Shown piece after piece: positions 9,409 to 18,614 of a stretch of 55,081 nt of DNA. Each line of letters begins with the position of its first letter. Position 1 is the stretch's first letter. The notes under the pieces are model-generated. The model worked only from the letters and a program-made list of their open reading frames with translations, had not been told where the DNA came from and did no database searches. This stretch comes from a virus (lineage: Duplodnaviria > Caudoviricetes), in IMG/VR virus record IMGVR_UViG_3300029787_000060, positions 1-55,081 of that record; one strand, written 5' to 3'. The translations under genes were made by a program, and so were the position numbers.

Positions 9409-9414
9409 TAACAT

Positions 9415-9870
9415 ATGGCTACTACCACTTTTTCCGGCCCTATTAAAACCGGAACCATTCGAGATACCACTGGCACAACCGTTGGCACTGATGTAGCTAA
9501 TGTCGGTTTTGTTGTGATGGCCCAATCTGCTGTACCAAATATCACAGGCGCAAGCCAACTTAATCAGAGGATGGCGATAGTACCTGCCAACTCTCAAATT
9601 GTTGATGTGATTTTGAACGTCACTACCGTTGGAAATGACGGCGGAGCTGCTACGATTTCTGTTGGAACGGCGGCAGATGCGAACGCTTTTCTTGACGGAA
9701 TCAATACCAAGGCTCTTGGAACGACTCACGGAACATTAGATACAGAAGCCACTGATGTTGGAACTACTGATCTAGAGGTTTTAGCTGATTTCACCGGAGC
9801 TAATGGTGACGGCACAACTGGCGTTGCGACAGTTACGGTTATGTACATTCAGAACAACAACCTTTCGTAA
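9415..9870 (+). CDS. Putative virion structural protein
   Basis: MATTTFSGPIK start, Thr/Gly-rich, VPANSQIVDV. Directly after the capsid gene. Confidence 0.65.
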   Translation: MATTTFSGPIKTGTIRDTTGTTVGTDVANVGFVVMAQSAVPNITGASQLNQRMAIVPANSQIVDVILNVTTVGNDGGAATISVGTAADANAFLDGINTKALGTTHGTLDTEATDVGTTDLEVLADFTGANGDGTTGVATVTVMYIQNNNLS

Positions 9871-9875
9871 AATAT

Positions 9876-9901
9876 AGGGCGGGGTAACTCGCCCTTTATT
9901 T
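9876..9901 (+). terminator. Probable terminator hairpin
   Basis: AGGGCGGG-GTAA-CTCGCCCT followed by TTATTT. Confidence 0.6.
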
Positions 9902-9913
9902 AGGAGAATTCAG

Positions 9914-10321
9914 ATGGCTGATCTAGTTACCAGTCAAACTATTCAAGATGGGGCTAAGGTTGCCATCATGAAGTTTACAAATGTAAGTGACAGCACTGGT
10001 GAATCTGGTGTTGTTAAGGTTGATGTGTCTGCTCTTAACTCAGATCCTCTAACAGGTAAAGCGTGTACTGGAGTTGTTGTATCTAGAATCCAGTTCGTTA
10101 CTTATAAGATGGCTGTCAAAATAGAATTTGACGCAACAACAAATACTTTAATTACTTATCTTCCTGAAGACTATTCTGATGATTTAGACTACAGGGATTT
10201 TAGTGGAATACCAAACAACTCTGCTGCGGGTAAAACTGGAGATATCCTGTTTACAACTACGGGCGCTGCGTCTGGTGATGCTTACTCGATAGTAATGACT
10301 TTAAATAAGACTTACGGATAG
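9914..10321 (+). CDS. Putative virion structural protein
   Basis: 135-aa ORF with AGGAG RBS. Beta-rich, with GIPNN...GKTGDILFTT. Confidence 0.65.
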   Translation: MADLVTSQTIQDGAKVAIMKFTNVSDSTGESGVVKVDVSALNSDPLTGKACTGVVVSRIQFVTYKMAVKIEFDATTNTLITYLPEDYSDDLDYRDFSGIPNNSAAGKTGDILFTTTGAASGDAYSIVMTLNKTYG

Positions 10322-10322
10322 C

Positions 10323-10511
10323 ATGAGAAGATACTACGGCGGCGGAACAGTAGCCAAGTTTAAAGATGGCGGAAGCACCAAGGATGCTTGCTACCGAAAG
10401 GTAAAGGCAAGATATAAGGTGTTTCCATCTGCTTATGCGTCTGGCGCTATAGCTAAGTGTCGTAAGGTAGGCGCTGCTAATTGGGGTAACAAATCCAGTG
10501 GCAGTTCGTAA
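10323..10511 (+). CDS. Small basic protein
   Basis: 62 aa; KDACYRKVKARYKVFPSAYASGAIAKCRK. Tightly packed in the operon. Confidence 0.65.
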   Translation: MRRYYGGGTVAKFKDGGSTKDACYRKVKARYKVFPSAYASGAIAKCRKVGAANWGNKSSGSS

Positions 10512-10791
10512 AACGGAAAAAGGCGCAGCCTTAAAGCGTTGGTTTAAAGAAGATTGGAAAGACGTTAAAACCGGAAAAGCTTGTGGCAGAAAAAAAGGCG
10601 ATAAGAGAGGCACTCCTTATTGCAGGCCAACAAAGAAAGTTTCTAGTAAGACTCCTAAGACATCAGGAGAAATGAGCGCCGCAGAAAAGAAAAAGAAAGT
10701 GGCAGAGAAGAAAAGACTTGGTCAGCCTGCTGGTAAGCCAAGGCGAGTTTCTGCTGTTAAAAGAAAAAAGAAAGTATCTAAGAAGAAGTAG
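10498..10791 (+). CDS. Small basic protein (LKRWFKEDW family)
   Basis: Lys-rich 97 aa with LKRWFKEDWKDV...CGR...PYCRP. Overlaps the previous ORF. Confidence 0.65.
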   Translation: MAVRKTEKGAALKRWFKEDWKDVKTGKACGRKKGDKRGTPYCRPTKKVSSKTPKTSGEMSAAEKKKKVAEKKRLGQPAGKPRRVSAVKRKKKVSKKK

Positions 10792-10793
10792 CG

Positions 10794-11090
10794 ATGCCTA
10801 AAGATTCTAAGAAGGGGACTATGAAAGGCCACACCATAAAAGGTGGTCATAAGCGTCCGACTAAGTCTGGTGCAGGCATGACCAAGAAAGGTGTGGCTAA
10901 ATACCGCAAGGACAACCCCGGCTCTAAACTTAAGACAGCAGTTACTGGTACAGTAAAGAAAGGCAGTAAAGATGCAAAGAGGCGTAAGTCTTATTGTGCG
11001 CGTTCTGAAGGTCAAATGAAAAAGTTTCCAAAAGCAGCTAAAGACCCTAATTCTAGGCTGCGTCAAGCTAGAAAACGATGGAAATGTTAA
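10794..11090 (+). CDS. Small basic protein (RRKSYCAR family)
   Basis: Lys-rich 98 aa with NPGSKLK, RRKSYCARS and DPNSRLRQARKRWKC. Confidence 0.7.
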   Translation: MPKDSKKGTMKGHTIKGGHKRPTKSGAGMTKKGVAKYRKDNPGSKLKTAVTGTVKKGSKDAKRRKSYCARSEGQMKKFPKAAKDPNSRLRQARKRWKC

Positions 11091-11345
11091 ATGATTAGTA
11101 GACCACAGATGGGTAAAGAGATTATGGAATCACCTGCTCAGAAGAGAAAGATCAAGAAAGTCATGTCCGAGTACAAGGCTGGAGATCTTAAAAGTGGTTC
11201 TGGTCAAAAAGTAACCAGTCGTGATCAAGCTGTTGCTATTGCTATGTCCGAAGCAGGCTCTGCTGAGAAAAAGTTTAGCGGTGGCCGGGTTGGTAGGGGC
11301 AATGGCAAAGCCGTTCGTGGATTAACCAGAGGCGCAATCAGATAA
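11091..11345 (+). CDS. Small basic protein, DUF6496-like
   Basis: KIKKVMSEYKAGDLKSGSGQKVTSRDQAVAIAMSEA matches the pattern I recall for DUF6496. Confidence 0.65.
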   Translation: MISRPQMGKEIMESPAQKRKIKKVMSEYKAGDLKSGSGQKVTSRDQAVAIAMSEAGSAEKKFSGGRVGRGNGKAVRGLTRGAIR

Positions 11346-12040
11346 TGGCTACTAGCGGAACATACTCTTTCAATCTAGATATAGGCGATATCATAGAAGA
11401 GTCCTATGAAAGGGCTGGAGTAGAGCTTAGGAGCGGCTATGACTACCGCACCGCTAGGAGAAGTTTAGATCTTCTTATGCTTGAGTGGCAGAATAGAGGT
11501 TTAAACCTTTGGACTGTTCAGTCTTCAAGCATTACGTTAACTCCGGGGACTGGTCGCTATGCCCTGCCTGCAAAAGAGTTAGATATTATTGAGGCGTTTA
11601 TAAGGACAGATGCTGGAAATACCTCTAGTCAATCCGATCTTATGATGCAAAGGATATCTATAAGCCAGTATTCTCATTTAACAAACAAGTTAACTGAAGC
11701 TAGACCCTTGCAGTATTGGATTGAGAAAGACCCTTCTCAGATAGCAATTAACCTCTGGCCTGTACCAGACACTGCTGAAACGTATACGTTGGTTTATTAC
11801 TATATGGAGAGGGTACAAGATTCCGGCAAGCCATCTTCCAACAATATGGATGTTCCTTCTAGGTGGTTGCCTTGTCTTGTTTCTGGTCTTGCTTATCAGA
11901 TTAGCGTTAAGAGACCTGAAGTTTCTGAAAGAGCGCCGTTGCTTAAGCAGGTTTATGACGAGCAATGGGAACTAGCTTCTGATGCAGATAGAGAAAAGGC
12001 TGCGTTGTACGTTGTGCCGGGAGGTTATCAGTATCTATGA
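11345..12040 (+). CDS. Head-tail adaptor/connector protein
   Basis: MATSGTYSFNL...ARRSLDLLMLEWQNRGLNLW...LWPVPD...LVSGLAY: adaptor-like architecture. Confidence 0.65.
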   Translation: MATSGTYSFNLDIGDIIEESYERAGVELRSGYDYRTARRSLDLLMLEWQNRGLNLWTVQSSSITLTPGTGRYALPAKELDIIEAFIRTDAGNTSSQSDLMMQRISISQYSHLTNKLTEARPLQYWIEKDPSQIAINLWPVPDTAETYTLVYYYMERVQDSGKPSSNNMDVPSRWLPCLVSGLAYQISVKRPEVSERAPLLKQVYDEQWELASDADREKAALYVVPGGYQYL

Positions 12041-12354
12041 GCAGTTATGCTAATGGTAAGAAAGCCTTTGGGATGTGTGATCGCACTGGCTTTAGATATA
12101 ACCTAAGAGATTTAGTTCCTCAGATAGAGGACGGCAGACCTAATGGTATGCTGGTTGGTCGTGATGTTCTGGATAAAGACCAGCCTCAATTACAGTTGGG
12201 CCGAATAAGAATGACCGATCCCCAAGCGTTAAGGAACCCAAGACCTGACAGAGGTCTGGCTTCTAGTCGAAGGTTGTTTTCTTGGAACCCCGTTGGTTTG
12301 GTCGGGCTTGACATGTTCGGGCAAGTTGGCACTGTTAGGGTAGAGATAAGCTGA
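12037..12354 (+). CDS. Hypothetical protein
   Basis: ATGA overlap with the upstream gene. Motifs MCDRTGFRY and DPQALRNPRPD. Confidence 0.7.
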   Translation: MSSYANGKKAFGMCDRTGFRYNLRDLVPQIEDGRPNGMLVGRDVLDKDQPQLQLGRIRMTDPQALRNPRPDRGLASSRRLFSWNPVGLVGLDMFGQVGTVRVEIS

Positions 12355-12995
12355 TGGCTTGGACATATACTACATTAAAGACAGCGATACAGGATTATTT
12401 GCAAAGCACTGAGTCTAGCTTTGTGACTAATTTGCCGACATTTATTACTCAGGCAGAAGAAAGAATACTTAGGACTGTTCAACTCCCAGATTTCAAAAAA
12501 AATGTCACGGCAAATGTAAGTAGCGGAAATCAATATTTGGCAATGCCATCTGATTTTTTGTCGCAATATTCAATGGCTATTGATAACTCAGGGTATGAGT
12601 ACCTGCTTTTTAAAGATACTAATTTTATTAGAGAAGTCTCTCCAGACGTTACAGTTACTAGCGTTCCCAAATATTATGGAATATTTGATGACTCTAATTT
12701 TATTCTTGGCCCTACGCCAAACTCAAATTATTTTGTTGAGCTTCACTATTTATACAAGCCGTTGTCCATATCTACAGATCCCAGCGGAACAAGCTGGCTT
12801 GGAACAAACGCTGAAAACGCTTTGCTTTATGGCTCTCTGATAGAGGCTTATGCTTATCTAAAAGGAGATCCAGATTTAATGTCTTTATATCAATCGAAGT
12901 TTGATGAATCTCTTGCTCAACTCAAAATACTTGGTGAGGGTTACAATACAACGGACAACTACAGAAGTGGCTCTGTTTTTGTTAGGAGGGGTTGA
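12354..12995 (+). CDS. Putative second adaptor/tail connector protein
   Basis: WTYTTLKTAIQDY, FITQAEERI, LGPTP, ALLYGSLIEAY: adaptor-like helical motifs. Confidence 0.65.
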   Translation: MAWTYTTLKTAIQDYLQSTESSFVTNLPTFITQAEERILRTVQLPDFKKNVTANVSSGNQYLAMPSDFLSQYSMAIDNSGYEYLLFKDTNFIREVSPDVTVTSVPKYYGIFDDSNFILGPTPNSNYFVELHYLYKPLSISTDPSGTSWLGTNAENALLYGSLIEAYAYLKGDPDLMSLYQSKFDESLAQLKILGEGYNTTDNYRSGSVFVRRG

Positions 12996-13288
12996 TGCGC
13001 GGAGTACAAGGCGAGATAAGTTCGGGTATAAACTTTGAGGTTCACACAACCTCCAACAGGGGCTGGACTCCAGAAGAACTAGCAGACAGAGCTATGGAGA
13101 AGTTTATTGCCGTTAGCGATACGGCAGACCCCTTAATAAAAGCCCAAGCCCTTGCATTTAGAGATATTGTAAAAAACCTTTTCGTTTTTTACATGAAGGA
13201 AGCTATTAGGTCTGACAGGACAACTGTTTGTTCTAAGCTTAATCAACAAGGCCACGCTGAATTAGCTGGTATTATAAGTAAATTATAG
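12992..13288 (+). CDS. Hypothetical protein
   Basis: 98-aa ORF coupled to its neighbours; VHTTSNRGWTPEE. Confidence 0.65.
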   Translation: MMRGVQGEISSGINFEVHTTSNRGWTPEELADRAMEKFIAVSDTADPLIKAQALAFRDIVKNLFVFYMKEAIRSDRTTVCSKLNQQGHAELAGIISKL

Positions 13289-13300
13289 GAGAAGCCCCTT

Positions 13301-13750
13301 ATGGCTATTAGTCAAGCAATGTGTACAAGCTTCAAAGTGGAGCTTCTTAACGGTATACACGCATTTGGAACAACGGTTGCTCGTGGCGGCACGACTGCGG
13401 ATACATTTAATCTTGCCCTTTATACGAGTTCGGCTAGTTTAGGTGCGGCAACCACTGCATATACTACGTCTAACGAAGTGTCTGGAACAGGATATACAGC
13501 GAAAGGAGCCGCGCTTACTGCGGTAGCCCCCACTAGTTCTGGAACTACTGCCTTTACTGACTTTAACGATTTGACGTTTTCTACAGCTACTATTACAGCT
13601 CGTGGTGCGTTGATTTTCAATGACACACAGTCTAGTGATCCAGCGGTAGCTGTGTTGGATTTTGGCGGTGACAAGACATCAACGGCTGGTGACTTCACTA
13701 TTGTTTTTCCTACGCCGGATTCTAGTAACGCGATTATTCGTATCGCTTGA
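13301..13750 (+). CDS. Putative tail structural protein
   Basis: MAISQAMCTSFKVELL, LALYTSSA, EVSGTGY, VLDFGGDK. AGGAG RBS. Confidence 0.7.
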   Translation: MAISQAMCTSFKVELLNGIHAFGTTVARGGTTADTFNLALYTSSASLGAATTAYTTSNEVSGTGYTAKGAALTAVAPTSSGTTAFTDFNDLTFSTATITARGALIFNDTQSSDPAVAVLDFGGDKTSTAGDFTIVFPTPDSSNAIIRIA

Positions 13751-13760
13751 TAGGTGTTAA

Positions 13761-14639
13761 ATGGCTGATGCGATTGTACCATTAGGCGGCTGGAGCTATG
13801 GTAATTGGGGTTCCGGTGAATGGGACACTAATAGTCCTGCCTTACCTTTAGGTACTGGTCAGCTAGGAACTGCTACCGTTAGTGCTGGCGCTACTGTGTC
13901 AGTGACAGGTTTGTCTGGAACTACTGCGCTAGGATCTGAAACCCCCGCAGCAGGAGCAACAGTTAGCGTCACTGGTGTATCAGCAACAGGCATTGCGAAC
14001 TATCCGGTCTTTGATGTAAGTATATTCCTTGACGGATGGGGAAGCGTTGGCTGGGGCGAGAAAACTTGGGGCGATGGAAGTCAGTCATTTGAAGCAACTA
14101 CTCAGCTTGGCACGGTTACATTTCAGCTAGGTGGAGCAACATTTGTTACAGGAGTTGTTGGAACAACAGCTCTTGGAAATGTGGTTGCAAATGCTGATGG
14201 CGCTATTGATGTTCTTGGTAATGCTTGTACTGGTCAGGTAGGAACGGCCTCCGTTACCGCAGATGCAAACGTATCTGTTACAGGTGTTGCTGGAACTACT
14301 AGTCTTGGTTCTGCTGGAGTTCAAGGTTCTGTCGTTGTAGATTTGATTGGGGTTTTCGCCAACTCTTCTACTGGCGGAGCTACTGTAAAAGCTGATGCTG
14401 ACGTTAGCGTTACGGGAGTTTCAGGGACAACTGCTTTAGGGTCTGCTACTGTAGATCTTAAGTTGCTTGTCAATGTAACCGGAGTGCAAGGCACTACAGC
14501 GGTTGGTTCTGTCTCTATAGATGGGGCGGCTATTATTAATGTGACCGGAGTTCAAGGTACTGGTCAAGTTGGAGATGCCTTGGTGTGGGGCAGAATAGTG
14601 CCAAACCCCGGAACTATTTGGACGGAGATAGCTGCATGA
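13761..14639 (+). CDS. Repetitive beta-rich virion/tail protein
   Basis: About 19-aa repeats VSVTGVxGTTALGx, plus WGxxxW motifs. Confidence 0.65.
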   Translation: MADAIVPLGGWSYGNWGSGEWDTNSPALPLGTGQLGTATVSAGATVSVTGLSGTTALGSETPAAGATVSVTGVSATGIANYPVFDVSIFLDGWGSVGWGEKTWGDGSQSFEATTQLGTVTFQLGGATFVTGVVGTTALGNVVANADGAIDVLGNACTGQVGTASVTADANVSVTGVAGTTSLGSAGVQGSVVVDLIGVFANSSTGGATVKADADVSVTGVSGTTALGSATVDLKLLVNVTGVQGTTAVGSVSIDGAAIINVTGVQGTGQVGDALVWGRIVPNPGTIWTEIAA

Positions 14640-14848
14640 AGACAGTAAATGAAGCAAAGAAAGTTGATGGTATTATAGACCCTAAGCATGAGATAGAAAT
14701 AGTTTGCGCTGCTTGTGGTTATGACCTAGATGAGTCTGAGCTTGCGGCAGATACTTGTTCAAATTGCGGTGCAAGTTTGTCGCTAAGGCAAAACACAAAG
14801 ATTTATGCAACCAGCGTCCCAGCCGCAACTGGCGATGCTTCGTTATAG
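14636..14848 (+). CDS. Small zinc-ribbon protein
   Basis: ATGA overlap; CAAC...CSNC. Confidence 0.65.
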   Translation: MKTVNEAKKVDGIIDPKHEIEIVCAACGYDLDESELAADTCSNCGASLSLRQNTKIYATSVPAATGDASL

Positions 14849-14863
14849 TCACTGGAGATATAG

Positions 14864-16018
14864 ATGGCTACTTATGAAAACAATCTAAGATTAAAAGAAA
14901 TCGCCACAGGTGACGAAAGCGGCACTTGGGGTACTAGTACAAACACAAATTTAGAGCTTGTTGGAGAATCGCTAGGGTTTGCTACTCAAGCAGCCTTTGC
15001 TTCTGATGCTAATGCTACTACTACAGTTGCTGATGGTGCTTCAGACCCTGCTCGTGCGCTCTACTTTAAGGTTACTTCTGGAGCATCTCTCACTGCTACC
15101 AGAGAGCTGACTATTGGCCCTAACACAAATACACGGGTTATGTGGATAGAGAACGCTACTACTGGCAGTCAGTCCATAACTATAAAGCAAGGTTCGGGGG
15201 CTACTGTAACGATAGCTACAGGCAAAACAAAAGTTGTTTATTTAGATGGGGCTGGTGCAGGAGCTGCTGTAGTTGATGCTCTAGCCTTAGTTGAAGACAT
15301 TACTGACGGTGATGTTGTTGGGCCGGGAAGCTCTACTAACAATAACTTCACAGCTTTTGACGGAACCACTGGTAAGCTAGTCAAGGACAGTGGTAAGGCA
15401 ACTCCTTCTGGTGATGTTGTTGGAACCAGTGATACTCAGACTCTAACCTCTAAGACTCTGACTAGTCCTAAAGTTGGCACAGGAATCAACGACACCAACA
15501 ACGCTGAGTTACTTAAGGTAACAGCAACAACTTCTGCCGTAAACGAACTTACTTTGGCAAATGCTGCTACAAGCAACAATCCAGCTTTGTCTGCTACAGG
15601 TGATGATACTAACGTAGGAATTGATGTTACTCCCAAAGGAACCGGCGAGGTTAATGTTACAGCAAGTTTCTTGACTGGGATATTTTCGGACAAAGTCAGC
15701 GCACTGGGTAACACTGGCAGCGCAAAGACTCTAGACGCATCTACAGCTCAAGTGTTTACAGCTACATTGACCGACAATGTTACATTTACTCTTTCTGGAG
15801 AAAATGCTGTATCTAATCGTTCGTCATCTTTTATTCTTATTTTGACTAATGATGGTACGCCCAGTAGAACTGTAGCATTTTCTGGAGGAACGGTTGAGTT
15901 TCCCGGCGGTTCTGTTAGTCGTAGCACTGGGGCCAACGAAACTGACATCTGGTTCTTTATGACCCCAGATAATGGTACGACTTGGTATGTAACCATACCT
16001 ATGAAAAATATGTCTTAA
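14864..16018 (+). CDS. Tail fibre protein
   Basis: N-terminal MATYENNLRLKEIATGDESGTWG anchor-type domain, TQTLTSKTLTSP shaft motif, C-terminal domain ending FFMTPDNGTTWY. Confidence 0.75.
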   Translation: MATYENNLRLKEIATGDESGTWGTSTNTNLELVGESLGFATQAAFASDANATTTVADGASDPARALYFKVTSGASLTATRELTIGPNTNTRVMWIENATTGSQSITIKQGSGATVTIATGKTKVVYLDGAGAGAAVVDALALVEDITDGDVVGPGSSTNNNFTAFDGTTGKLVKDSGKATPSGDVVGTSDTQTLTSKTLTSPKVGTGINDTNNAELLKVTATTSAVNELTLANAATSNNPALSATGDDTNVGIDVTPKGTGEVNVTASFLTGIFSDKVSALGNTGSAKTLDASTAQVFTATLTDNVTFTLSGENAVSNRSSSFILILTNDGTPSRTVAFSGGTVEFPGGSVSRSTGANETDIWFFMTPDNGTTWYVTIPMKNMS

Positions 16019-16046
16019 TTAAATTCCCTAGATAGGAGATACCGTT

Positions 16047-16280
16047 ATGGCACTTACTGCCGAACAACAAGCACAAGTTGACCTTCAAGCAGCACTTGAT
16101 AAATGTCGAGTAGATGAGCAACTTCGTATTGATAATAAAAGAAACAAGCTAGACGCAGTTCGCACTGCGGAAAGACTACTCATCCATAACCGAGTAGATC
16201 AGCCATCTGGAAGTCGTGAAATAACTGCATCCGATGTTACAGCCTACGCTCAGACATTAGTGGAATATATTGAAAGTTAA
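16047..16280 (+). CDS. Hypothetical helical protein
   Basis: 77-aa ORF with AGGAG RBS. Confidence 0.65.
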   Translation: MALTAEQQAQVDLQAALDKCRVDEQLRIDNKRNKLDAVRTAERLLIHNRVDQPSGSREITASDVTAYAQTLVEYIES

Positions 16281-16852
16281 TGAATTGCTATTCATATTTC
16301 CCTTCTCTGGTTTACAGGGATGAAAAACCAGAGTGGTTGTATCCTTTAAAGAAATATGTAAGCGAGTATTCTGGGGAAGTTTCAGAACAAAATTCGTTTT
16401 TTCAAACTGCTGATATATCAGAATCTCCTGAGTTAAATGACTTTGCAAGATATATTCTAGAAGAATCAAATAAAATTCTTTGTGAGCAAGGTTATGATGT
16501 AGACAGGTATAACCTTAAGGTAAACATCTGGGCGCAGGATGCTTATCGTGGGTCATCAACAAACATTCACGTTCATAAGAATTCTTTTCTTTGTGGGTGG
16601 ATGTTTTTGGATAGACCGGAAAAAGGCTCTTACCCGATCTATTATGATCCAAGAGTTAGAAAAAGCATGTCTAGTCCAGACAGTTTTGTTTCAGAGAGTC
16701 TTACGGAAAGTTCTGAAACATGTCACTTCAATAATGTTGGGCCGGGTACGGTGCTTATATCTAGCTCGTGGCTAGAGCATTCTCTTTCAGCAAATAATGA
16801 TGACCTGCCTACAACATGTCTCCACTTTATTGTTTCTGGCGCATATAAATAA
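16280..16852 (+). CDS. Putative 2OG-Fe(II) oxygenase 1 (HxH type)
   Basis: NIW...HVH...CGWMFL...YYDPR...WLEHS: double-stranded beta-helix (DSBH) pattern. Confidence 0.75.
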   Translation: MNCYSYFPSLVYRDEKPEWLYPLKKYVSEYSGEVSEQNSFFQTADISESPELNDFARYILEESNKILCEQGYDVDRYNLKVNIWAQDAYRGSSTNIHVHKNSFLCGWMFLDRPEKGSYPIYYDPRVRKSMSSPDSFVSESLTESSETCHFNNVGPGTVLISSSWLEHSLSANNDDLPTTCLHFIVSGAYK

Positions 16853-17436
16853 TGCAATACCCGATAGTCCCCTATGCAAGAACAACTGAACCGTATGTTT
16901 GGTGGAAGGGTGGCTTTTCAGAAAATGAAATTGAATGGCTTGCACAGAAGGCTTTAGTGGCTAATGAACGCGCTCAAGCGGGTGGTCAGACCGAGGATAC
17001 TCTTTTAAATGTGAGGCGTTCCTATGTCAATTGGCTTGAATGTGATAACGAAAGCAAATGGGTTTATGAAAAGCTTGAAAATATAGTTTCTAGTTTGAAC
17101 GCGCAATATTATGGGTTTGACCTTACTTGCTTTGCTGAGGCGCTTCAGTTGACTCGTTATTGCATGTCAGAGCAAGGGATGTACGGATGGCATCAAGATT
17201 GTGGTGAGGGCGGGAAGCCAAACAGAAAATTGTCTTTGGTTATGCAGTTGACTGACCCATCTCAATATGAGGGAGGCAACTTAGAGATAATGACAAACAA
17301 AGACCCTCTTGTTGTTCCAAAAGAAAAAGGTCTTGTAACGGTGTTCCCTTCGTACATGTTGCATCAAGTAACCCCTGTTGTTCAGGGGGAAAGGGCTTCT
17401 CTTGTAACTTGGATATCTGGGCCTACGTTTAAATGA
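16852..17436 (+). CDS. 2OG-Fe(II) oxygenase 2 (prolyl-4-hydroxylase/PKHD-like)
   Basis: WHQD...RKLSLVMQL...YEGG...FPSYMLHQVTPV...RASLVTW: HxD..H triad plus RxS. Confidence 0.9.
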   Translation: MQYPIVPYARTTEPYVWWKGGFSENEIEWLAQKALVANERAQAGGQTEDTLLNVRRSYVNWLECDNESKWVYEKLENIVSSLNAQYYGFDLTCFAEALQLTRYCMSEQGMYGWHQDCGEGGKPNRKLSLVMQLTDPSQYEGGNLEIMTNKDPLVVPKEKGLVTVFPSYMLHQVTPVVQGERASLVTWISGPTFK

Positions 17437-18023
17437 ATGTTGAATATAAAGACTTCATAGGTATTTTTGAGGATGTGTACCCTGAAGGTTTCTGTGAATA
17501 TGTAATAAAAGAATTTGAAAGAATTAAGGAAACTGGCGCTGGTTGGAATCGCCAGAATACTGAAGGTGTATCTCGTTTGCATAAAGCAGATCATGCTCTC
17601 AATATTTTAAATCATGCAGCTCCCAATTTTGGTGAGGATCGTATGGAAGATGTTTTCTTTGGGGGGCTTCAAAAATGTTTTGAGTCTTATTCGGAAACAT
17701 TTTCTCAGTTAAAAAATGTTGAAGTTAGAGGGACGTACATGAAAGTCCAGAAGACTTGTCCCGCAGAGGGGTATCATGTTTGGCATTCAGAGAGAGCGCA
17801 CGGAAGAGATAAGGAAAGAGTCTTAGTTTATAACTTGTACCTTAATGATATAAAAGATGAGGATGGTGGAGAGACTGAGTTCTTGTATCAAAAACTTCGG
17901 GTGTCCCCAAAGAAAAACACCGTTGTTATGTGGCCTGCTGATTTTACTCACGTTCATCGTGGTAATCCGCCTCTGGGAAAAGAAGATAAGTACATAGCAA
18001 CTGGCTGGTTTTACTATGAATAG
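17433..18023 (+). CDS. 2OG-Fe(II) oxygenase 3 (cyanophage-type)
   Basis: GYHVWHSE...YLND...GGETEF...WPADFTHVHRGNPP...KYIATGW. Confidence 0.88.
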   Translation: MNVEYKDFIGIFEDVYPEGFCEYVIKEFERIKETGAGWNRQNTEGVSRLHKADHALNILNHAAPNFGEDRMEDVFFGGLQKCFESYSETFSQLKNVEVRGTYMKVQKTCPAEGYHVWHSERAHGRDKERVLVYNLYLNDIKDEDGGETEFLYQKLRVSPKKNTVVMWPADFTHVHRGNPPLGKEDKYIATGWFYYE

Positions 18024-18612
18024 CTTTGCAGAGAAAGGCTACACCATAGTAAAAGGCTTTCTTGATTTGGAAGAGACGGTAAGAATATCAAAATATTTAG
18101 AAAACTGTGTGAATAGAAAAGCTTGTAGCACAAGGACTGGAGAAGAAAATATTACGGATCAGCCGAGTAGATTTTATTATTACGCTGATCCCTTGATCGA
18201 ACTTATCTTAGAAGAGAAGACTAAAGAAATAGAGGAGATTGTTAATCTTCCTTTATATCCAACGTATTCATTTATGCGAGTCTATGTAGACAGTGACGCT
18301 TTAAGAAAGCATACGGACAGGCCTGAGTGTGAATACTCCGTTACCGTTCATGTTGCTAAAGTTGGTAAAGACTGGCCTATATGTATTAAAGACATACACG
18401 GCAATGACAATAAGATTATTTTAGACCAAGGGGATGCTTTGGTTTATAGAGGTTGTGATTTGTTGCACTGGAGAGACCCTATGAAGCAGTGCGGTACGGA
18501 TTTAAATGCCCAGTTTATGCTACATTACGTTGAAAAAGATGGCCCCTACAGTATATGTAAGTTTGACAGAAGGCCGAAATTAGGATTAAGCGACAGTTTT
18601 AAAGCGAGGTAA
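18016..18612 (+). CDS. Putative 2OG-Fe(II) oxygenase 4
   Basis: LYPTYSFMRVY...LRKHTDRPECEYSVT...GDALVYRGC...HWR...QFMLHY. Confidence 0.78.
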   Translation: MNSFAEKGYTIVKGFLDLEETVRISKYLENCVNRKACSTRTGEENITDQPSRFYYYADPLIELILEEKTKEIEEIVNLPLYPTYSFMRVYVDSDALRKHTDRPECEYSVTVHVAKVGKDWPICIKDIHGNDNKIILDQGDALVYRGCDLLHWRDPMKQCGTDLNAQFMLHYVEKDGPYSICKFDRRPKLGLSDSFKAR

Positions 18613-18614
18613 TT

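Noticed and set aside
13301-14639. Siphovirus major tail or tape-measure genes
   Set aside because: No tape-measure-like ORF or tail chaperone frameshift pair. The nozzle and ejection genes point to a short tail.
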